The notes: generated by a model from the sequence alone, not told the origin. DNA of 63,573 bases, filler included, from Ministeria vibrans ATCC 50519 (GCA_943704425.1; 6 parts of 6 records of this genome joined end to end with filler, not necessarily neighbours in it); one strand, 5' to 3'. Shown: positions 42,977 to 57,398, numbered from the whole stretch's first letter. Numbers and translations are program-made.

Positions 42977-43639
42977 CTATCATTCAATTTAAAAAGCGCC
43001 AAAATTACACGACGTAACAAGCTTCGATCGGAAGAGCAAGGCGAACGCAACGGTACATACTGCAGTCAATGTAAAACGGGGTAGTATTAGACACAAAGGG
43101 CTCGAAAGGCGGGGGAGAAAAAGGAAGAGGAAACAAGTCCCCTCCCCCCTCAAAAAAAANNNNNNNNNNNNNNNNNNNNNNNNNNNNNNNNNNNNNNNNN
43201 NNNNNNNNNNNNNNNNNNNNNNNNNNNNNNNNNNNNNNNNNNNNNNNNNNNNNNNNNNNNNNNNNNNNNNNNNNNNNNNNNNNNNNNNNNNNNNNNNNNN
43301 NNNNNNNNNNNNNNNNNNNNNNNNNNNNNNNNNNNNNNNNNNNNNNNNNNNNNNNNNNNNNNNNNNNNNNNNNNNNNNNNNNNNNNNNNNNNNNNNNNNN
43401 NNNNNNNNNNNNNNNNNNNNNNNNNNNNNNNNNNNNNNNNNNNNNNNNNNNNNNNNNNNNNNNNNNNNNNNNNNNNNNNNNNNNNNNNNNNNNNNNNNNN
43501 NNNNNNNNNNNNNNNNNNNNNNNNNNNNNAAAAAAAACAAGCAGTGACGCGAACAAGGTGGGGATCAAAGAAAGGTAAGAAAAAAAAAAGAAGAAAAAAA
43601 AGGGACTCGGGAAACGTGATCTGGTGAACGTGAACTCAC

Positions 43640-44010
43640 CTTGTGACTGCTTGTTAGCCGCCTGCGCTTGCTCAGCCTTCGCTTCCTGAACATACGCGAT
43701 TTCTATCAAATCATCGAAAGCAATGAGCAACAGCTGTTTGAGGTCGCTGTTTAACTTACGAACTCCGATGAACAGGGCTTCGACGTGTTCGGCGTTGGGG
43801 GTCACGCCCTTGGTCTTGAGTGTGCAAGTGATGTCATCGGCAAGGACTTTGGACATGGTTTGCCCTGGGCGAGCGAGTTTTGGAAAAAGGACCAAATGGT
43901 TTTCCCAGAGATGCACCGAAAGTGCTCTGCCACCTTCGTTGAGCGTCGAAGGATCCTCTCGAGCTTGCTGACGAGGTCATTGTTCGTGCCAAAAGTGATT
44001 ACCATCATAT
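43640..44010 (-). other. Coding-like orphan exon (possibly frameshifted) ending in a GT donor; may be an upstream part of the adjacent nuclease gene
   Basis: HLWENHLVLFPKL...EQAQAANKQSQ|gtgag; helical composition; no recognisable motif. Confidence 0.3.
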
Positions 44011-46771
44011 CATGGGTGACAAGAAAGGATGATGGTTCGAGGTGTTCTGATGCGTACGGTCGGTGTAGGGCGTCTCAATCGATACCGCCATGATTATGGT
44101 GGACCTTCAAACGAAAACTGAAAAACTATAATTATGTGAGTAAAAATACAACCGTCAGAAACCCGTGTCGCAAGTACTCGCAACTAGCTAGCAAGACACA
44201 CTTCATTCACATGTAGAGTGTAGAATGAAGCGTACGGGCAAATGGTTGGTGCAAACCCCCCCCCCCCCCCCCCAAAAAAAAAAAAAAAACGTTGCGACTC
44301 CAGAAACATGAGCTGCTTACTCGGCAAGTGCCATGTAACTCAGGAGTTAGGAGTAGTGATGCCAGCCAATGGAGGCCAAATAAAAAATCGAGTTGATTGG
44401 CACAACATGATAGTTGCACAAAAGGAAAACAAAAACGAAGACGCGAGAAAAACTGTGTTGGGCGTGAACTGCAAGCAAGACACCGCCATGCACTGCACAT
44501 CACAATGCAATGCCATCGGGGAGGCAGATAAAAACAGCACAAAGAGGGACGCTGAGGGCGAGAGCAGAGAATGTCTTGGTTCGTTCTGTTGCAGTTGCGA
44601 GACATGGCTTCTACCGCACCACCGAGTCGTCAAACGCACATGGGAAACCGCAGATACAAAGCAACACCTCAGCATACGGCCATCGAAGGCGAGAAACGAG
44701 CCGCAATCGGCCCACAAATCGTCTCTGTGATGAGAAGCGCAATCTCAAAACAGAAAGACCCGATATTGACGGACGACAGAACGGTAACGAAGCAGCGAAA
44801 CATACGACACGATGCGTGTGGGTGCTCGGATTATTGTGTGACTTACGGAGTAGAGAAGAATATATTAAATAATGTCTTGAATCAGTTGTGACTTGTGAGT
44901 TGAGTCTTGAGAGTTGACTCTAAGTCTTGATCTTGAAGGCTTCCTCGTTTGAATGTCGTGGATATTCCAATTTCTCGTTGATTATATTGATGATTGTTGA
45001 AGTGTCAGCTTAATTCAGCTTCATCGTCTTCCCGCTTAAATCGGCAAAATACGTCAGAACTCAGAAGTCTGTTTCACAGTTTTTTTGAGCAACGATCATT
45101 CGTTTTCTTCTGTGACCGTAACTCTACGCAGGAGTATGCAGGTCAAGATATTGTGACTTATGAGTATTTTTCAATCTCAAGAACCATGGGCAGTCCAGCA
45201 TACCGACACGTGAGATTTGGAGGTTGTGGTGAGTGGCACGGATCAGATAGAAATCAGATATCATTCTCACGATAACCATGACTGAACCAGCTCCCCAACT
45301 GCTTCGCCCAATGGCCGATACACACACGCACTCCAAGCCCCAACGTTTGTCGTATTGGCCTTCTAGTGGCATCCTGGGCGGGAGCTCACACTTGCACTTC
45401 TCCCAATGGAATACCAAATTCGGTCTTTGTCGCTTGTGTGAAGACAGACAAGCAAGCTGGTCGCTGTTCATGCTTGGAGTGACTGTTGACACCGTCCATG
45501 AGACGTCGTCCAGTCGGATGTCACAACTGCTGTTTGTTTGTTCCGTATCAGCCCATCTATATAGGGGTTCCATTATCACTGCCGGCTCTCTTTTCTGCGC
45601 ACTTCGCACTTCGCTCTGCGTATTTCTCGTTTCTTTTCAATCTTTGCTTCTCGACTTGGACTATATTCGGCCTTATCACCAGCTTGGTATTGCATTCCTT
45701 TGCGCGCTGGTCAATGCATGCGTTTGGAAAACGTTTAACGATAGAAGAAAAAGAAAAATAATATTCTTCTCCCTGGAACTTGTGTTCGCTGCCCTCGTCC
45801 CAACCGTTTTAGACCCCAAACATTCAGCTATTTCAGCAAGCACGACGTACGGTTCTTTCTTAGCTGGCTGAGGAATGGGAGCAGCCCTCCAGTGCGCTTG
45901 CCCCCGAGGAATCACTTTCGAACACCAGGCCGCCCTGCCTGGTTGTAGAGGCTCTCAGCTCGAGTGAGTGCCAGAACAAGCCTTTAAACTCATTAATGAT
46001 TCAAGAGACGTGCAGTGATTTGTCGTGCACATGATGGGGTCATGTGAGCATTCAAGGCGTGAGGGATCAATTTGATATAAGAATTCGAAATTGGTGCCTC
46101 GACGACGTATAATTTCGACGAACTCATTCGATTTTTAATTTTCACGTCTACCATCGTCTAACAGGAGGACAGGCTACAGGCGGGCAACACCCAATTCCCC
46201 AGGACTTTCTGTTACCCTCCTGTTACCCACCAGGGGATATAAGGAGTTCATTAGGAGACGATAAAGAGTTTATCGAAATAATCCGAAAAGAATCCACCCC
46301 GAAATTACCTATGATTCATTTGATACCCATCGTCGCTTCGCTTGCCTTCTTGTTCTTCCCGACGGTTGCAGCTGTGTCGTGTCGTCCTAACACAAACGTA
46401 TTCGATGTTGTTGTTAGCCACGGCGAGGCCTGCGAATTCGGCATTTCTCACTCGTTCACGACGGTACGAAGGCAGTGGCGTCGACCGCAGAGTTATTATT
46501 CATTATGCTGTTGTTAATTGTTATTGCCTGCCCATTCACCGCATTCGGCATTATGGACTCTTATCTTCGAGTCCGGTGGTGCAAGACCCTGAGAAGGAAT
46601 CAGTGAAACCTTCGTGGNNNNNNNNNNNNNNNNNNNNNNNNNNNNNNNNNNNNNNNNNNNNTTAATTAATTAANNNNNNNNNNNNNNNNNNNNNNNNNNN
46701 NNNNNNNNNNNNNNNNNAAAAAAAAAAAAAAAAAACAAGTGTCAACGAACCATCGATGCGTCTGTTTTGTA

Positions 46772-48015
46772 TCATACCTTATCGGAAGCAGAATGGTCAT
46801 CTTCGTCGGAGAGCACGCTGGGCGAAGAGGGAGAGATGGCGTTGTCCTTGCGCCTGTTGCGGGAGGAGGAGCGAAAGCGCTCGAAGGTGAAGCGTGAGGA
46901 GGAGCTGCCACCTTCGCTAGTTGGTGTGGTGGGGGGTATGTTGTTCTCTTCGCTGCTGGTGCGCGACGAGCGGCGTAGGGGTACCGATGCAGCGGCAAGG
47001 GTGGGATCCAGAGTGGTGCGCGGATTGGTGCATGAGGAGGTGGAGGTGGAAGTGGAGAGTGGCGCAGGGGAGCTGGGAGCAGTTGCTGAGTAGGCTGTGG
47101 ACGTCGTGGTGGTGGTGGTGATGGTGCTGATATGAGGCGGGAGAGAGTGTGCATCACAGGCAGTGGTCGAGCGAGTCTCGTGGAGACGCTTGAGCGTGGT
47201 AGGAGAGAGAATGGTGGAGGGGATGCTGGGTACGGACTTGTTGCGCACCATGTTGCCTTCTACCATGTGATGAGTGTACACAATGTCGGAGGCAGACGGA
47301 GACGACGATTGAGGGCGCTCGGACATTCTCCTATGGGCAACGGCAACGACAGGGGCCTCCTCGGGCGCGGGCACAAGATCCACGCTACTGTGTCGTGACG
47401 AGAACAGTTCATCGCGCAACTGCGCCACGGTCGTCGTGACGGTGGCGGCATCGGTATTGACAACGCGTCTCAGCTTCTGCCGTCGGCTCTCTTGTCTCTC
47501 CAGTGGCATGTGCGAGGATGCATTTGAGGTGTGTCGCCTGAGGAATTTGAAACGATTTGACAGCTTGGCACTGAATGAAGATCGTGTGGGCAGATTGGCA
47601 TTATTCAATGAATCGAGATCGTCCGACTAATCAAAAAAGACAAAAAAGGAAAAAAAAGGAAGAAAAAAAAGGAGGGTTAGAAGAAGAAGAGTGTAAAAGA
47701 AGCGGTACCGATTGGAGTTCCTTGAACATTCGATTGCGGAGTTCTTCAGCCGTTGGCGGGTACATGGGCACGCCCATCTTCTTAACGGTGTCGAGAAAGA
47801 CGTGCGAGGATTGACCTTTGTTGTCGAGGGATGCCACGACGGCCTTGGCGTGCGTGTACAGGTGGTAGTGTAGCGCCACGAGCGAGTCGTTGACCACCGA
47901 CGTTGCAATGTCCCCGATTTCCATGTCAGCAACACACTCTTTGCTTGGCTTGCGCTGTGATAACACGCCAGAAACAAAGAGAGAGACGGTCAGAAGCAAA
48001 GCATTCGTGAAAAAA

Positions 48016-48057
<42 letters not shown>

Positions 48058-49032
48058 TAATAGAGAGAGTGAAAGTAATAGAGAGTGAAAGTAATAGAGA
48101 GAGAATGAAACAACGTGATAAATGAAACAAAGTGATAGAGAGAGATAATGAAACAGAGTGATAGAGAGAAACAAAGTGATAGAGAGAGGAAGACAGCAAC
48201 AAATGAGCGAGACGTACAGTTAAAATGCGAATGACAGTGTCAACGTCACTGCGATGCGACTCGAGCAGGCCATTGATCTGTGTTAGATACTCTTCCTTTG
48301 CACCAAAGACCGTTCCATTCGCAAGATTTTGTAGAATCTTTGAAATCAACACAAGATTGCGCTGGGCGTTCCCCGTCATTTTCGGGGTAGATACTGAAAA
48401 TTTGGCTAAAACAAGGAATAATGAGAAAAACGGGAGGACGGGGGGGGGGAGGGGGCGTGGTCGAACCTGGGGAGACAAGTGCAGGGCAGATAAAACGGAG
48501 AAAGAGAAAACCACTGACGGCAACACGCTGCTGTTCAGGCGCACCGACAGCAATCTCCGAGGCAATCAAATGGAACAGTTGGTTGAATTGTCTGCAGAGG
48601 GGAACAAAGTGTCAAAACGACAAAGCGAGAGATAAACCTGATAAAACCATTGATAAATACGTACTGAGGACAGTGGTGGATAGAGTCGAAGATGTGTCTG
48701 AGGATGTCAGTGGTGAAGCCAATGAGACGGTCAAAGTTCTTCTTAAGCATGGACGGAGTCAGCTCAGAGGACGCCTTGCTAGGATTCACCTGTATGTCGA
48801 GGGGACAATGACCGATGTGGTAGTCAGATGAGACGAGAAGTGTGCGTGCGCATGTGGCGTACCTCGAGAACGTGCTTGTACTCGATGATCTTGCGAAGTG
48901 GCTCAGTCAGAGTGTTGCGCAGGTACGTTGTGCCCACCGAGATAAGGTAGAAGGAGATGATTTTGACGCTGATGGTGGAGTTGCGGAAGAGTGCTTCAAT
49001 GTCGTGCTTGGAGGCTGGAGAAAAACGGTCAA

Positions 49033-49091
<59 letters not shown>

Positions 49092-50342
49092 AAGAAACAA
49101 AGTGATAGAGAGAGAGAGGAGAAAAAAACGAAGTGATAGAGAGAGAGAGAGTGAGAGAGAGTAAGTGAGTCAGTGATATGATAAGATTTCAAGCGAACTT
49201 TCGTTATCGTTTCCAAAATCACAATGGAGTGAGGGCATTTTTGCAGATTGATGCAGGAAATGTGTTGGCCAGAGGCCTATGGCGATGATGCGATGCAAAC
49301 AAGAGCGCGCTGTGCCCCTGGCGTGAGTGAATTTTCAAATCTGCCGAACAGGGACAAATATGACGTTGCTGATTTTTTTTTTCGCTCGCGACAAAAACCG
49401 ACTTGAGTACAGGCAGCAGGTGTGACGCAGATATATATGTGTGTGAGTGCCAGGGAGCATAGTTCGCCTTGAACGGGCCTCGGCAAAGAGCGATTGGGGC
49501 GGTACGACGCAAAAGAGTACGAAACCCCAAAAGGGCGTTTGGTGAGTCGCACGGTTGAGTGAAAGGCACGTCGGACGCCTGGCTGTGTCGACTGTGATCG
49601 ACTGGTGGATAAAATGGGGGCGACGCCATTGCAGTATTCGTAGAGAACGCCAGAAACAGAGAGCAAAGCAAAGCGAGATAGGAAAAAAAAAAAAAAAAAG
49701 CAGAAAAAAAAGCAAAAAAAAAAGGGCAAACGAATGTTCTGATTTCGGATTGGCAAATGGAGGTGGAAAGAGGGAGTGGCAAGCGACAGAGCGAGAGAGC
49801 GCGACGGGGAGGGAGAGACGGGGCCTACCTGCCCTAGCCATTTCGCGACGCACAGCCCAGCGCAGCAGCTGCGGGATGCGGGCAGTGACACTCGCCAGAA
49901 TGAGCAACGGCTGCGCGAAGTCGGCGCCCGAGTCGCGCGGAAGGGCGTCCGCAATGGAGTCCATCATGCCAAAGGTGGAGGCAAGCGACGCGAGGCCGTC
50001 TGAGTGTTTTCTTGAGTGTGTTTCGACAGTGTCGCTGCTCGCGACGGTGTTGGCGCTTTCGTCTGTTGCAGCGGCCACAATGGCCGTGTGCGTGGGCACT
50101 TGGAACTCGAGAAGCACCCGGCACATCTCGTCGTACTTGGCCGACAGCGAGCGCACGCGACGCATGCTGTCCTGCGACATGGGCGCTTGTTCGGTGCGGT
50201 CATCGTCGGCGCCTCCGAGATCTCTCTCGGATGCCACCGACCCGCCATCGTAAGCATTTAGATCGACAAAAGGCTCCCCATCACTCCCCGGCAGGGGGTG
50301 GGTCACCAGGGCGCTCTCAAGCTTCTCAATGGTGGCAAGCAC
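46772..50342 (-). CDS. Ras GTPase-activating protein (NF1/GAP1-type RasGAP domain) with a long low-complexity C-tail
   Basis: Arginine finger EALFRNST, YLRNTL, LE|VNPSK, AVSGFLFLRFICPALVSP and RNLVLISKILQNLANG..FGAKEEYL. Confidence 0.9.
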
Positions 50343-50520
50343 GAAAACTATTGACTATTGAAAAATGGATAAGAAAATAAAGATTGAAGGATTTGCTAAT
50401 TTTTTTTTCAAACGCCCGCTACTTAGATCACGAGACTACACAACGCAGGTTCAGTCTTTTTCTTGCATACCACCTGCAGTTCACTCAAATACGCACCCAC
50501 TAGTCCACTACTACTACACA

Positions 50521-52050
50521 ATGCCCGACAACGAAGGAGGTGAAGACGCCCCTCGCTGGCTGCCGCTCGAGTCGAATCCCGAAGTACGTTCAAGTCGTTC
50601 CTCAACCCATCTTCGCCCTTTCTCTGCACGCCCTTTGCCTCCTCCTTCTTCTTCGTAGTCTTGTTTAACTCACCTGTGTTCCCTTGTATCGCGCCCGGCG
50701 TGTCGTAGGTCATCACAAAGGTACGGCTGACGCCCATTGCAGCGAGTCTTGCACAATGTCGCTTGCCGCCGTGCTAGTGGGCGTCCGGCGCCACGTCGGC
50801 CGCCAAGAGACGGCTCGGATACACGGCGTTACTTGCCGGCGGTTTGTGCTGGACCGCGTCGCCAACCGTCGCCAACCGTTGCCAATGGTCGTTTGCAATG
50901 CGAGGTACTAATGTCACTTGCGTCTCTTGTGTCTCGTTTACAGTATATGCGATCGATGGGCGTACCTGCCCCCTGGTCCTTTTCCGATGTGTATGGTCTT
51001 GACGACGAACTGCTCATGATGATCCCGCAACCGTGTAAAGCCATTGTACTTTTGTTTCCCGTGACCGAACGAGTGAGACAAAGCGAGAGACTTTTGGCCT
51101 TGACCACTCATGTTCGCTTTGTGCGTTGTGCGTTGTGTTGTGCTGTGGTGTCGTAGTATGAAGAGTTCCGTGAGCAAGAGCAAGACCGAATCACCGCCAA
51201 CGGTCAAGGAGAGGTGCCAGCAAGCGCATACTTTATGATCCAGACGATCGGCAATGCGTGTGGCACAGTGGGGCTGTTGCACGCGCTTGGCAACAACCTC
51301 GACGCAATTCCCCTCGAAGATGGCTTTCTCAAAGACTTCTTTGCCTCGACCAAAGGTACCTTTTGTGAGCAAATTAGCAGTGAACAAATCTCTGGTGTGT
51401 AATGTAGACATGGATCCGCTTCAACGCGGACAGTATCTTGAGGGAGACGGCGGACGCGAAATCTCGACGGCGCACGAAGAGAGCTCACTTGAAGGGCAAA
51501 CAGAGGCAAACAAACAAAAAGCAACAAGTAGCGCATGTGATAATGTGTTTTTTTTCTCTGTTGATTTCAGGCGCCTCCGGTCGAGACGAGTGTGAATCTG
51601 CACTTTGTGTGTTTGGCACAGTGCGATGGGGCTCTCCTCGAGTTTGACGGACGCAAACCCTTTCCTATCCACCACGGAAAGAGCTCACCCGACGCGTTTG
51701 TCAAGGTAAGCTATATTTTGTTGTGAGTGAGTGAGTGAATGAAAATGCGTCGATTTCTACGATTTCTATGTGTGTGTGTGCGAATGTGTATTTCTCTCTC
51801 TCACTCTGTAGCCTTTGCTTTGTTCTCCTTTGTTTATTTTTTTTCTTATAATTATAATTAATTATTATTACTGTTATTATTATAAATACACCCGCGAGAG
51901 TGGCTATCGTGATTATTGTAAGTGCATGTGTGTGTCTCACACATTGTCTCTTGTGTGTAGGATGCTGCGGGAGTCGCACAGCAATTCATCAGCCGCGAGA
52001 CGGGTGCTCACGAATTCTCTATGCTTGCTTTGGTCGGCGACAACTCCTGA
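50521..52050 (+). CDS. Ubiquitin C-terminal hydrolase (peptidase C12, UCH-L3-like)
   Basis: RWLPLESNPE, FSDVYGLD, AIVLLFP, QTIGNACGTVGLLHA, EGQTE|AP...LHFV and EFDGRKPFPI. Confidence 0.93.
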
Positions 52051-52224
52051 ATCTTTGTTTTAGAATAAATTGATTATGCTTTATTAAAAAGTAGTACTTA
52101 TGGTAGAAATTATGTTGCTTGAAGCGTGCGAATGACGAGATACGAATGTTTCTCTCTCTCTGTCTCTCTTGTCTCTCTGTCTGTCTCTCTCTCTCCTATC
52201 ACTTTGTTTCCTTCCTCCTCTCTC

Positions 52225-55222
52225 TCACTCGGCAAATGTAACGACTGTTGGTAGGTGTTCTTCAATCTCGGGCGTAGAGCGGCCTTTGCCACTGTCGGGC
52301 GTGCCGCATCGGGGGGTGTGACTGGCAGACTTAAGACCTATTTTTCGGCCCAATGAGGGCGAGCGAGTGGGCGAGGGGACGGTTGTGGCAGACAGAGAAG
52401 ATGAGGGGGCAACGGCGCAAGGGTCAAATGTCGGCGATGAGACAGTATTGCTGCGTAAACGTCCACCCAGCTTACGACGCAATGTCGAGAAGACACTCTT
52501 GCTGTGGGTGGGTGTCGTCGGTGTGACGGGCGTCGGCGGCGACGTCGCCGCACTGTCCCTCTTCTTCTGCTTCTCTGCAGCCTTCTCTGCCGCCTTCTCA
52601 TTCTTCTCCATCTTCTTCTTGAGCGCTTCACTCACGGCCGCAGGCTGCGACATCGAGCGTGCACGACCACGTCGGCCTTCCTGCTGGCCAATCTCTTGCA
52701 CGCGCGTCGCTGTCGGGGACGCGCTGTTCTTCTTCTCCTGCTGCTGCAGAGCCTTGCGTGCACTCGCAGTCGACGAAGTCGCACCATTCGGCAGCGTAAG
52801 CATCCTTGACGGCGGTGGACTGCCCATAGAGACACGACGTACAGATACAGATATAGATGCACGCGGAGTCGAGGGCGAACTGCTGGGAGGAGACACGACA
52901 CGCTCCGTGGGCGACATGTACAGATCGGGTGCTATATCCAGGTTGGCATCGTTCAGCGACTCGCTCATGGCCTCCATTGGATCCTGCACTTCACGGTCCA
53001 GCACCACACTCTGTTCCTGCAACAGTGTCACCGTCGCCGATACCACGTCAAACTTGGGGTTCTGCATTGCCTCTTTTGTCTCCTGGGCAGTAAATCTAAA
53101 TCATGGTGTGTAAGTTTCAACATATCTCCCTTTCTCTCTACAATAGTAATAAATTCATTATTATATAATTATATTAATTCTCACCCCAGTTTCTTCATGC
53201 GCTCAACAATAGCGTCCGTCTCACACTGGCTCGGAATAATGTTCATGGAGCGCATGTTGACAAAGGGCCGTAGGGGAGCCCATCCAGCGGGCGTCAGCCA
53301 TGGGTGTGCCATCAACTTTTGCGCACTCACACGTTTCTTTGGATCCTTTTGGATCATCAAATCGACCAAGTGACGCACCTCTGTAAGTAAAGATAAAAGA
53401 GCGTATAAGCAAAGCAAACCGCAAACTGTCCGGTTGTGTACAGTCATTACCCGGTGAGAGTGTGTCGGGGAGGGTGTAGCTGCACGCGTTAACCTTGGCA
53501 GTTACCTCCTTGATGGAGGATCCATCAAATGGTCCAATGCCAGTCAGCAATCGTACAAGAACAATTCCAAGTGCCCAAATGTCAACCTACAAATTATGAT
53601 TATGATTATTTTAAATTAACAATGAAATAATATAATTATTATTATTATTTTATATTATTATTATTATTATTATGACTTACGCCTGGTCCCAGGTACTGAA
53701 TGCCGGCAAAGAGCTCGGGACACGCATGGGTCGGCGTGCCGCAGCTCGTGTTGAGCATCTCGCCTGCCTGGAAGGCTGTCGCATAGCCAAAGTCGGCCAG
53801 CTTGACATTGCCCTTGCTGTCAATCAGAATGTTTTCGGGCTGTGCAAACAAACGCATAACGAATTATTATTATTATTATTATTATTATTATCATTCAAAA
53901 GAGAAATGGACAAATGTACATCTTGTGTAGTTTTGCGTTGTTTTATATATAGTAGGCCAGTACCTTGATGTCGCGGTGCGCCATGTTTCGCGAGTGGAGA
54001 TACTCAACGGCACTGAGAATCTGTCGGAAGTAGTGACGTGCTTTGTCTTCGCTCATCACCTTTTCACCCAACAGATCCGCCAGCTCCTGGCCTCCCTCCA
54101 CCAGTTCCAGAATAAGATAAAGACGGCGCTCGGACTCGTACACTTGCAGAATGCTCACAATGTGCGGATGGCGAATTGTTTTCTATCGAGTGACGAAACG
54201 AGTCAATTCGAAATGTCTTTTCCCTTCACAAACAATAAACAACATGGGCAACCCAGGACGTTCGCCACAACACACCATCACAGTACACACACTGGATCCC
54301 CGCCCACCACCAAATCCTCAACGCAGCATCAGCATTAGGTGCTCGTTTTTTTTTTTTTTTCCTCGCCACTTCGTTTCAGCTGTGTCGCTTACCATAACGC
54401 GGATTTCTCGCGATGGATCAATGGCTTGGGACCTGGGAACCACTTTCATGGCAACCTATGCAGATGGAAACAGTCACCGCGGTGGGTAAGCATCGCAACG
54501 GAAGAGTGCGAGTTTTTGTAATGCACACAAAATCCAACATCAACACAGTTGACTTTAAGCGAACAAGTGGATGGATAGCCGAGATATGCTTTATTCCGGC
54601 ATACGATGCGTGGAATGCCTTGAATACAGCCTTGAGACTGTAGATGTAGTGATCGCAGGGCGCAGAGTGTCAAACGAAGGTTGCATTGGCGCGCGACAAT
54701 CTCGTTGCAGATTTGCAGATGACGTGGAAAGACGAGAATTCAGGTCATAAGCGAAACAAGATCAAAAGACGCCGGATGCGGGCGTAGTGCGTCGCCATAG
54801 ATACCACAACTGCACTAATGGCAGTTTGCGCGAATGGAAACTCGCGGAACAGACGGGAGTTGGAACTTTTTCAAACCAAAGTTGTGACGACCGCAGTTTT
54901 GTGGGTCGCCATTTCTTGCCATGTGGAACACGCACCAAGGCTGCGCGCGCCACAATAAGCACGCAACATGATTTACTTTGCACATGCCCCAGCGTACACC
55001 ACAACAGCGACACAATGGAACACAACGACTGTTCTCCCTTTTGTCATTCCGTTAACCGAGTAAGTGACGGAAGTAGAAAAATGCGACAGACAAAGAGAAC
55101 ATAGCGGCTGTCACTGCAATGATTACCTCCAGATTAGTGTGGACATGACGTGCGCGGAAGACTTGGGCGGTTGAGCCGCTGCCGAGCAAGCCCAGAAGAT
55201 TGTATTCTCCAATTTTTGACAT
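52225..55222 (-). CDS. CAMK-group (AMPK/MARK-like) Ser/Thr kinase with a UBA-like region and an S/P-rich tail
   Basis: IGEYNLLGLLGSGSTAQV, VAMKV, EDKARHYFRQILSAVEYLH..AHRDIK|PENILID, LADFG, TSCGTPTHACPEL and VDIWALG. Confidence 0.9.
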
Positions 55223-55757
55223 GGTCTCGTTTTGGTGCAAGGTACAAGTTGGTATGGTGTGTTGTACAACGCGCGGTGTGACAGCCTCAGCCCTGAGCGA
55301 GTATCTGGGAGTGGGGTTCGATTGAGGTTCAAAATATGAAAATAATGATGAAAATAAATTTTTTGTGTGGATGATCTACAAAAAAAAAAAAGAGGCGTGA
55401 TCGGTAGAAGAAAATTAAAAATATTAATAATAATAATAATCGGGGCAGAATACACCGAGAGAAGCCTTAATGAGATTCGTGTGTAGCGGCACTCACTGTA
55501 GCCTGTAGTGTTCGCACTTCAGAGTTCACAGCGACGTCTTTGAAGTGAGTTTGAACTGTCTTCAGTTCGTTTTCAGTCAGTATGAGTCTCTTATTGTACG
55601 ACATTGGGACTCAGGACGTCAATCGTTAATTCGTTAATAATTAGAGAAGGTTAGACAACCCATTTATTAATCATTAATGATAATATATTAATAAGAGAAA
55701 CCCTGCAACCTGGCAATATTATTGCTGCTACACGATTGAAAATTGACAATTTTGACA

Positions 55758-57093
55758 CTAGGCGGTGGAGGCGGAAGAGGCGCTGGCAAGAGACTCAAGG
55801 AGATGCAGAAGGGCCTCGTGGTGCGGGTCATCAAGCTGAGCGTAGTGCTTGAGGATGAACGAGGCGGCGGCGTGCCGCAGGCCGTTGGCTTCGTGGCTGA
55901 CGGCGTGGTAGTACAGGACTATGGCCGTGTCGTTGCTCAGGCGCTCCGACAAAATCTGTTCGCATTGTGCAAGCATGTCGCTTAAGAGGAATCGGCTGTG
56001 CACACAAAGACACTGTTAGCGTGTTCTCGCCTTTCTTTCTTTATCACCTACCTTGCAATTTCCATGATATCGATGCCAGTGGCAATGTCGTCGCGTGGAA
56101 AGAGACACTCGCCGGTGTACAGATAGCGCATGAGCACCTTGAATGGCGCCGTCTGGAGATCTTGCAGGTGAATTTCAGATGCTGAGGACTCGCCCCAGCC
56201 ACGCGAACGGTCGAGCATGGCGTCAAAGACGGGGCTCTGGGCGGCCAGGATGAGACGGTGGGCAGGAAACACCTCGTTGTTGTCGAGACGCAGTTGGACG
56301 TCGGAAAAGCGAGGGTCGAAACAGAAGGAGGAGAGATCCATGAAGCTGGTATGGTTGCCGCGAGCGTGCAGAGTCGGAAAGGGCCACGGAAGGTTGATGC
56401 TAAAGAGCTGGAGAGGAGATTGTTGGAATGCGTTGCGGATGGTAGGGTCGCCTCCGTTGCGGATGCAAATGGCAAGTGCGGCTGCATTGTGTCGACGGCC
56501 GAGCACGTGAAGCGGCGTTTGGAGGCTCTCGCCGGCCTGGTCATTGAGCGAGCATCCTTCGTAGTGGATCATGCGCAGGAGACAGTCCTCTTGCGGACTG
56601 GGTGAGACCATGGACACCGCTTGTACACACTCGGCAAGCCAGCGTGTCCGATGGATCGGCTCACTTACACGCAACATCGCCTCCATACAGTCGGGCGAAC
56701 CAAACTTGAAGACTTCGCGTGCGAGATGAACCATGACATTCTCGGGCAGACGGTCCTCGTTGCTCTCACGAAACTCCTCAACGACGGCGCTCAATGCTGT
56801 AGGATCGTTTCGCTGGAGTGCCTCCATAGCCGATTGTTTCAACTGCGCAATGGTAATAGCGACAGGCGCAGGAGCAGACGACGGTCCAGACATGCTAGCA
56901 GCGCGACGTGAGCCCGAAGGAGCACTTGTACCTCCCGTGTCGGTGGTACTAGCGCCTGTCGATGACATGGAGGCCGAACGCTGTTGTTGGTGTTGTGGTT
57001 TGAAAGCACTCTTAAGTTTAACAAGTTGTTCCATGTCCCATTCCCCCACACGCTCGCGCACAGTAATTTGTGCTGGGTACGATTCAATGACCT
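55758..57093 (-). CDS. Ankyrin-repeat + BTB/POZ (+BACK-like) protein; 5' structure unclear
   Basis: QTPLHVL...GGDPTIRNAFQQSPL; FSDVQLRLD..FPAHRLILAAQSPVFDAML..F..LMRYLYTG; RFLLSDMLAQCEQIL. Confidence 0.8.
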
Positions 57094-57119
57094 CTACAAG
57101 GCGGAGACACAAGACGAAT

Positions 57120-57360
<241 letters not shown>

Positions 57361-57398
57361 AAATAATCTGGTAATAATGAATCCTGTTGATCGCTTAC

